A stretch of 39,391 nt of DNA from a virus. Taxonomy: Duplodnaviria; Caudoviricetes. How positions within the stretch are numbered: position 1 is the stretch's first letter; the number at the start of each line of letters is the position of its first letter. The notes below the pieces were generated by a model. That model searched no databases and had not been told where the DNA came from. It was given only the letters and a program-made list of their open reading frames with translations. Made by a program: the position numbers and the translations under genes. Shown here one piece after another: positions 34,215 to 39,391 of this stretch. The DNA is taken from IMG/VR virus record IMGVR_UViG_3300025839_000027, positions 1 through 39,391 of that record; one strand, 5' to 3'.

Positions 34215-36280
34215 GACTTTACCTAGACACTGAAACGTATTCTGAGACACCCATTCAGTGGGGAACGTACCGCTACGTGCAGGATTCGGAGTGCATGATC
34301 GTGACCTGGGCGGTTGACGATGGCGAGGTGCATTGCCTGGATAACACGGCCAATGACTCACAACAAGCTATCGAGTATGCGAACTTGTTGTCTGCCCTCG
34401 AAGCAGCGGATGAAGTGATTGCGCACAACGCGCTTTTCGACCGGCTGGTCATTGCCCGTCACTTCCCGAACTACGCCCCGCCGTTGGAAAAATGGCGCTG
34501 CGCGATGGTGAAGGCTTACGCCCATTCTCTCCCTGGTAGTCTGGACGCGCTGTGCGTAATATTGAAAGTGTCACAGGATGATGCCAAGCAAGACGGTAAG
34601 AAGCTGGTACATCTGTTCTGCAAGCCGCGCCCAAAGAATATGTCCACCCGCCGCGCGACGCGTGATACGCACCCTGAAGAGTGGAAAGCCTTCCTCGAAT
34701 ACGCGAAAGCGGATATCTCTGCGGTACGCGAGGTATACAAGCGCCTGCCAAGCTGGAACTACGCAGGCGCTGAGCTTGACCTCTGGCACCTCGACCAGCG
34801 CATCAACGATCGAGGATTCAAAGTCGACGAAGAACTTGTCGCCGCCGCACTCCACGCCGTCGATACCGAAAAAGGACGACTAGCAGGCCACACCCAGACG
34901 ATCACCGATGGTGAGCTGACCAGCGTCACCAAGCGCGACCCGCTGTTCGAGTACATCCTGGCTGAGTATCACGTCTTACTGCCCGACCTGAAAATGACTA
35001 CGCTCGAGCGCCGTCTCGCAGATCCCGACATCCCTGACGGGTTAAAAGAACTGCTACGCGTCCGGCTGCAAGTCACGACCACCAGCACCAGCAAGTACAA
35101 GGCTCTGACTCGCGGCACGACGCAAGACGGACGACTACACGGCGCGTTGCAGTTCGACGGCGCAGGTCGCACCGGTCGCTGGAGTGGTCGCACCTTCCAG
35201 CCCCAGAACCTGCCAAGTCGTGGACTGCTCCCCGCTGGCGAGATCAACATTGGCATCGATGCGATGAAGGCGGGCGTCGCGCACCTCTGTTTTGGCAATG
35301 TGATGCACCTGGCCAGCTCCGCAATTCGCGGCTGCATCGTCGCCCCCGAAGGTAAGAAGCTGGTGATCTCCGACTTGTCGAACATCGAAGGTCGCATCCT
35401 CGCCTGGCTCGCCGGTGAAGAATGGAAGCTGCAAGCGTTTCGCGACTTCGACAACGGCACAGGCACGGATCTCTACAAGCTGGCCTACGCCAAGAGTTTC
35501 AAGATCAAGCCCGAAGATGTCACCAAAGCTGAACGCCAGGTCGGTAAGGTCATGGAGCTGGCAATGGGCTACGAAGGCGGCGTTGGCGCGTTCTTGACTT
35601 TTTCCTTGGCCTACGGCATTGACCTGGAAGAGATGGCCGCTGCCGCCATCGAATCCCTACCGGCTGCCGTCTACGAAGATGCCGATGGGTTCTACAACTG
35701 GGCGGTGAAGCAGAACCGCTCGACGTTCGGCCTGAGCAAGGACGCCTTCATCGTCTGCGATGCCTTCAAACGCCTGTGGCGCTTAGCCCACCCGATGGTG
35801 TCAACGCTGTGGAAAGAGTTGGAAGCCGCTGCGATCGAGGCCACCGAGAATCCTGCCGTGACGATCCATTGCCGCATGTTCAAGGTTCGCCGTGACGGTG
35901 CGTGGCTGCGCATCGGCCTGCCCTCTGGCCGCGCGCTGTGCTACCCACAACCGCAAGTCGAGAACGGCAAATTATCGTACATGGGCACAAACCAGTACAC
36001 GCGCCAGTGGGGTCGTATCAGCACCTACGGCGGCAAGCTGGTTGAGAACTGCACGCAGGCCGTAGCACGTGACGTGATGGCCGCCAACATGCAGCGGATT
36101 GAGGACGTGGGCTTTGAGATCGTGCTGACCGTCCACGATGAAATTATCACGGAAGCACCCGATGACGAATGTTTTAACGCTGGTTTGTTATCCGACTTGA
36201 TGACAACACCGAATGCCTGGCACGCAGGCCTGCCCCTCGCGGCGGCAGGTTTTGAAGATTACCGATACCGGAAAGACTAA
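34211..36280 (+). CDS. Family A DNA polymerase with 3'-5' exonuclease
   Basis: LDTET, AHNA.FD, TGRWSG, DLSNIEGR (motif A), RQVGKVMELAMGY (motif B), VHDE (motif C). Confidence 0.95.
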   Translation: MRLYLDTETYSETPIQWGTYRYVQDSECMIVTWAVDDGEVHCLDNTANDSQQAIEYANLLSALEAADEVIAHNALFDRLVIARHFPNYAPPLEKWRCAMVKAYAHSLPGSLDALCVILKVSQDDAKQDGKKLVHLFCKPRPKNMSTRRATRDTHPEEWKAFLEYAKADISAVREVYKRLPSWNYAGAELDLWHLDQRINDRGFKVDEELVAAALHAVDTEKGRLAGHTQTITDGELTSVTKRDPLFEYILAEYHVLLPDLKMTTLERRLADPDIPDGLKELLRVRLQVTTTSTSKYKALTRGTTQDGRLHGALQFDGAGRTGRWSGRTFQPQNLPSRGLLPAGEINIGIDAMKAGVAHLCFGNVMHLASSAIRGCIVAPEGKKLVISDLSNIEGRILAWLAGEEWKLQAFRDFDNGTGTDLYKLAYAKSFKIKPEDVTKAERQVGKVMELAMGYEGGVGAFLTFSLAYGIDLEEMAAAAIESLPAAVYEDADGFYNWAVKQNRSTFGLSKDAFIVCDAFKRLWRLAHPMVSTLWKELEAAAIEATENPAVTIHCRMFKVRRDGAWLRIGLPSGRALCYPQPQVENGKLSYMGTNQYTRQWGRISTYGGKLVENCTQAVARDVMAANMQRIEDVGFEIVLTVHDEIITEAPDDECFNAGLLSDLMTTPNAWHAGLPLAAAGFEDYRYRKD

Positions 36281-36281
36281 C

Positions 36282-36908
36282 ATGCTGAAAATACCTACAA
36301 ACTTACTCAATGCTATCAGCCAGTTCGCCGCCGACAAAGACGTGCGCTACTACCCGAACGGCGTAACACTTGAACTACGCGCCGGTTGCTTGCGCCTGAT
36401 GGCCACCACCGACGCACTAGTTGGCGTGTGTTTGCTGCCGGATGAATATCCTGAAAAGCAGGACGGCGAATGGATCATGCCGAACGCCATGGTCGAGGCG
36501 ATCATCAAGTCAAAAGCAAAGGACGTGCAGGTATCGATCATCGAGGGCGAAACCACCGTAACGCTGGGCGTTATGCTGAACGGTGCACAGCTCTCTTACC
36601 CGGCTATCGAAGGCCGACCCGTCGACTGGCGCCGTGTTATTCAGATCCCGAACATGCTGGCCGCACCGAGTAACTTCGACGCGGCACTGCTGGGGCGCAT
36701 CGCCAAGGCATCAAAGCTATCAGGGTCTAGCCGAATGGGATACTTCGGGCTTCAGCAATATGGCGACAAGACGGGGCTGTTCAGCATCGACGGCGTGAAC
36801 ATCGTCGGCGCTATCGCGCCACTTAACCCGAAAAACACACCCCAGTTCAGTTCGACGCTACTGAACGACACTGTCAGTCACGTATTGGACGCGGAGCAAT
36901 TCGTATGA
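36282..36908 (+). CDS. DNA pol III beta-clamp-like protein (truncated, 208 aa)
   Basis: A..KDVRYY.NGV, LMAT.D, IEG.P.DWRRVI resemble the DnaN central-domain motifs; ATG 36282 follows the pol stop. Confidence 0.75.
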   Translation: MLKIPTNLLNAISQFAADKDVRYYPNGVTLELRAGCLRLMATTDALVGVCLLPDEYPEKQDGEWIMPNAMVEAIIKSKAKDVQVSIIEGETTVTLGVMLNGAQLSYPAIEGRPVDWRRVIQIPNMLAAPSNFDAALLGRIAKASKLSGSSRMGYFGLQQYGDKTGLFSIDGVNIVGAIAPLNPKNTPQFSSTLLNDTVSHVLDAEQFV

Positions 36909-37201
36909 GAGAGCGCGATATTGAAACGTACCTTGTCGAGCGCGTGAAAGCAATCGGCGGCGAGGTCCGCAAGGTTAAATGGGTTGGTCGTAGTGGCGCG
37001 CCTGACCGCTTCGTGATGCTCAGAACGGGCGTACGCGTCGGCGAGTACTACACCTCATCGGTCTGGGTGGAGCTGAAAGCACCCGGCAAGAAGGCCGAGC
37101 CGCGCCAGCTGCGCGAACACAAGCGAATGCACGACATGGGGCAGCTGGTCGTCGTGATTGATTCTTTCGAGGGCATCAATCAATTACTGGGGATCGTATG
37201 A
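36905..37201 (+). CDS. VRR-NUC domain nuclease
   Basis: MRERDIE, GAPDR, WVELKAPG..Q. Confidence 0.9.
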   Translation: MRERDIETYLVERVKAIGGEVRKVKWVGRSGAPDRFVMLRTGVRVGEYYTSSVWVELKAPGKKAEPRQLREHKRMHDMGQLVVVIDSFEGINQLLGIV

Positions 37202-38568
37202 CCCTCAAACTTCGACCCTATCAGGAGCTGATCGTCAGCTACCTGCTGGAAAATAAACGCTGCAATCTGTTCGTGGCGATGGGTCTCGGTAAAACCGTGT
37301 CTACCCTGACCGCGCTCAACACATTGAACTATGTGGAAGACATCTACCCTGCGCTGGTTATCGCCCCGCTTCGCGTCGCTAAAACGACATGGCCGGAAGA
37401 GGTCAGGAAGTGGCCGCACCTGCAACATATCCAGATCGTGCCGATTGTAGGTACAGAAGCAGAACGTCGTCGAGCGCTTGATAAACCAGCGGATATCTAC
37501 ACGACCAACTACGAGAATCTGGTCTGGTTGACGAAACACTACGGCGACAACTGGCCGTTCCGTACCGTCATAACCGATGAGTGTAGCAAGCTCAAGGGCT
37601 TCCGCTTGCGTCAGGGTGTCAAGCGCGCCCAGGCACTGGGTAGCGTGGCACACACCAAGGTGAAGCGGTACATCGGGTTGACAGGCACACCAGCAAGTAA
37701 TGGCCTGCAAGACTTGTGGGGGATCATGTGGTTCGTCGACGGCGGCGAACGTCTGGGGCGCACCTTCACCTCGTTCCGTCAGCGCTGGTTCAAGATGTCA
37801 TACGACGGCTACGGTAGCACCCCCCTGCCTACCGCCCAGGAAGAAATACAGGACAGGCTGCGCGACATCTGCCTGACCATCGACGCGAAGGACTACTTCG
37901 ACCTGGCTGAGCCAATCGTCAATAACATTTACGTCGACCTGCCGATCCGCGCCCGTGAGTTGTACCAGGACATGGAGAAGCAAATGTTCATGGAGCTGGA
38001 AGGTCATGAGGTGGAGGCGTTCAACGCCGCCGCACGCACTGGCAAGTGCCTACAGATTGCCAACGGTGCGGCCTATATCGACGACAAACAGAACTGGAAG
38101 GAAGTACACGATGCGAAGCTGCAAGCACTTGAAGACGTTATCGAGGAAGCCGCTGGCGCTCCGGTGCTGGTGGCGTACCACTTCAAGTCAGATCTCGCCC
38201 GGATGCGGCACGCGCTCCCAGCTGGTCGCCACCTGGACGCTGACCCCCAGACGATCCGCGACTGGAACGATGGCAAGATACCGATACTGTTCGCTCACCC
38301 CGCGTCTGCCGGTCACGGCTTGAACCTGCAAGACGGCGGCAACATCCTGGTGTTCTTCGGCCATAACTGGAATCTGGAAGAACGGCTTCAAATCATCGAG
38401 CGTATCGGACCCGTCAGACAGAAGCAGGCAGGGCATGTCCGCCCGGTGTTCATCCACAACATCATTGCACGCGACACGGTGGACGAGATGGTCATCGAGC
38501 GGGTCGAAACGAAACGGGAAGTACAGGACATATTGTTAGCAGCCATGACACGAAAGGGATACCGATGA
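37198..38568 (+). CDS. SNF2-family helicase
   Basis: LRPYQ, MGLGKT, DECS, LTGTP, GHGLNLQ. Confidence 0.92.
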   Translation: MTLKLRPYQELIVSYLLENKRCNLFVAMGLGKTVSTLTALNTLNYVEDIYPALVIAPLRVAKTTWPEEVRKWPHLQHIQIVPIVGTEAERRRALDKPADIYTTNYENLVWLTKHYGDNWPFRTVITDECSKLKGFRLRQGVKRAQALGSVAHTKVKRYIGLTGTPASNGLQDLWGIMWFVDGGERLGRTFTSFRQRWFKMSYDGYGSTPLPTAQEEIQDRLRDICLTIDAKDYFDLAEPIVNNIYVDLPIRARELYQDMEKQMFMELEGHEVEAFNAAARTGKCLQIANGAAYIDDKQNWKEVHDAKLQALEDVIEEAAGAPVLVAYHFKSDLARMRHALPAGRHLDADPQTIRDWNDGKIPILFAHPASAGHGLNLQDGGNILVFFGHNWNLEERLQIIERIGPVRQKQAGHVRPVFIHNIIARDTVDEMVIERVETKREVQDILLAAMTRKGYR

Positions 38569-38774
38569 GCGCGTTAGAAAAACAAGAAGGCGGCGACCAC
38601 TACAAGAAGCTGAAGATCCAGCCGATTGAATTTATCCACGCCAATGGCATCCCGTTTGCAGAAGGGAACGTCATCAAGTACGTCACCCGCTGGCGCGATA
38701 AGGGTGGTATGCACGACCTGGAAAAGGCCAAGCACTTTATCGAATTGCTGATTGAGCTGGAGAGTAGACAATGA
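38565..38774 (+). CDS. DUF3310 (T7 gp1.7-like) protein
   Basis: GGDHY, IQPIEFI, GNVIKY..R..KGG..DLEKA. Confidence 0.88.
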   Translation: MSALEKQEGGDHYKKLKIQPIEFIHANGIPFAEGNVIKYVTRWRDKGGMHDLEKAKHFIELLIELESRQ

Positions 38775-39019
38775 AACCGACGCACCAACGCAGATCACGT
38801 AAAGCTGAATGCTTCCAGTTTAAAGGCCATAACTACGACGTTATCGCCCCATTGTTTGAATCCGCCAGCCTGTACGGGACAGACACGATCATGCTGCGCA
38901 AACACCAGGGTGGCATTAAGTGCCTGAGCATCGGCGACTGGGTCGTCATTGGCGAAGACGGGAAGGTTCGCACCTACAAGGACAACGAGTTTAATTTGAT
39001 GTACGAGGTAATACCGTGA
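38771..39019 (+). CDS. Hypothetical phage protein
   Basis: GDWVV..DG...K..EF...YE pattern; coupled overlaps. Confidence 0.7.
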   Translation: MKPTHQRRSRKAECFQFKGHNYDVIAPLFESASLYGTDTIMLRKHQGGIKCLSIGDWVVIGEDGKVRTYKDNEFNLMYEVIP

Positions 39020-39213
39020 ACGATACCCTACTCACTGCCGCAGATATTGCCGATATTCTGCAAGTCGCGCCACGTGTCGTTGCCGAAAGGTACGCGATGT
39101 ACCCAGACTTTCCCGTACCAATTCGGCTACCATCACCGAAGGGGCAAGGTCATTGCCGGTGGAAGCGTGAAGATGTCAATAAGTGGATTGATTCTTTGAG
39201 GACAGAAAGGTAG
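39016..39213 (+). CDS. xis: Excisionase / AlpA-like HTH
   Basis: LLTAADIA..L, DFPVPIRL, RWKREDV..W; next to attR. Confidence 0.8.
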   Translation: MNDTLLTAADIADILQVAPRVVAERYAMYPDFPVPIRLPSPKGQGHCRWKREDVNKWIDSLRTER

Positions 39214-39252
39214 TGCGTCAAAATTGCGGCAAACGCACCCAACCTATTGATA
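39214..39252. promoter_or_regulatory. attR arm: two arm-type sites and an IHF site
   Basis: TGCGTCAAAA (39214) and TGCGGCAAAC (39225); minus-strand TATCAATAGGTTG at 39240..39252 matches WATCAANNNNTTR. Confidence 0.65.
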
Positions 39253-39265
39253 ACTAAGGCGGCTA

Positions 39266-39285
39266 GAGTCCTCTTCTGGGCACCA
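39266..39285 (+). repeat. attR core
   Basis: Identical to 108..127. Confidence 0.96.
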
Positions 39286-39292
39286 AACAAGT

Positions 39293-39320
39293 AAGGCCAG
39301 CGAAAGCTGGCTTTTTCTTT
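39293..39320 (+). terminator. Displaced host tRNA terminator
   Basis: AAGGCCAGC-GAAA-GCTGGCTTT followed by TTCTTT. Confidence 0.85.
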
Positions 39321-39391
39321 GCCCAGAGGAAAGAGAAACACCTGCGTGTTTCTCGCCAGGACTCGAAGTACATCCGGCACGACGGATGCTG

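Larger units (their letters stand above)
108..39285. mobile_element. Apparently complete BPP-1-like temperate podovirus prophage in tRNA-Leu(CAG)
   Basis: 20-bp direct repeat at both ends; integrase at left and xis at right; full head, tail, lysis, replication and immunity gene set with no obvious disruption of core genes. Confidence 0.96.

Noticed and set aside
34211-36280. DpoZ or modified-base genome system
   Set aside because: No purZ, datZ or other base-modification genes were recognised in the window
39150-39380. 76-aa minus-strand ORF across attR
   Set aside because: Spans the att junction and terminator; no coding features

Overview
The window is almost entirely one apparently intact temperate podovirus-type prophage (108..39285; predicted circle 39,158 bp). 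It is integrated in the 3' end of a tRNA-Leu(CAG) gene and bounded by a 20-bp att direct repeat. Gene content and order resemble Bordetella BPP-1-like phages: integrase; a leftward late operon (terS, Endo-VII-type nuclease, terL, GNAT, portal, scaffold, major capsid, cement, tail tubular proteins, three ejection proteins, tailspike, lysis genes); primase-helicase; a cro/cI switch; and a rightward early operon (DUF2800, DUF2815, PolA, beta-clamp-like, VRR-NUC, SNF2 helicase, DUF3310, xis). No diversity-generating retroelement is present. Most notable observations: (1) a 2226-aa ejection protein carrying an inserted tandem RadC/JAB cassette next to an HExxH motif; (2) an unannotated 46-aa lipoprotein coupled to a transglutaminase-like cysteine protease (BTLCP/LapG-like) ahead of a lysis cassette with no recognisable spanins; (3) a three-copy late-promoter motif GTTGCCTTAC-N16-[-10]-N7-A, two copies predicted leaderless; (4) PL and PR forming one identical 41-bp inverted repeat; (5) a shared C-terminal AE(A/Q)FV tag on three replication proteins. 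All family assignments come from motif recognition by eye; no searches were run.
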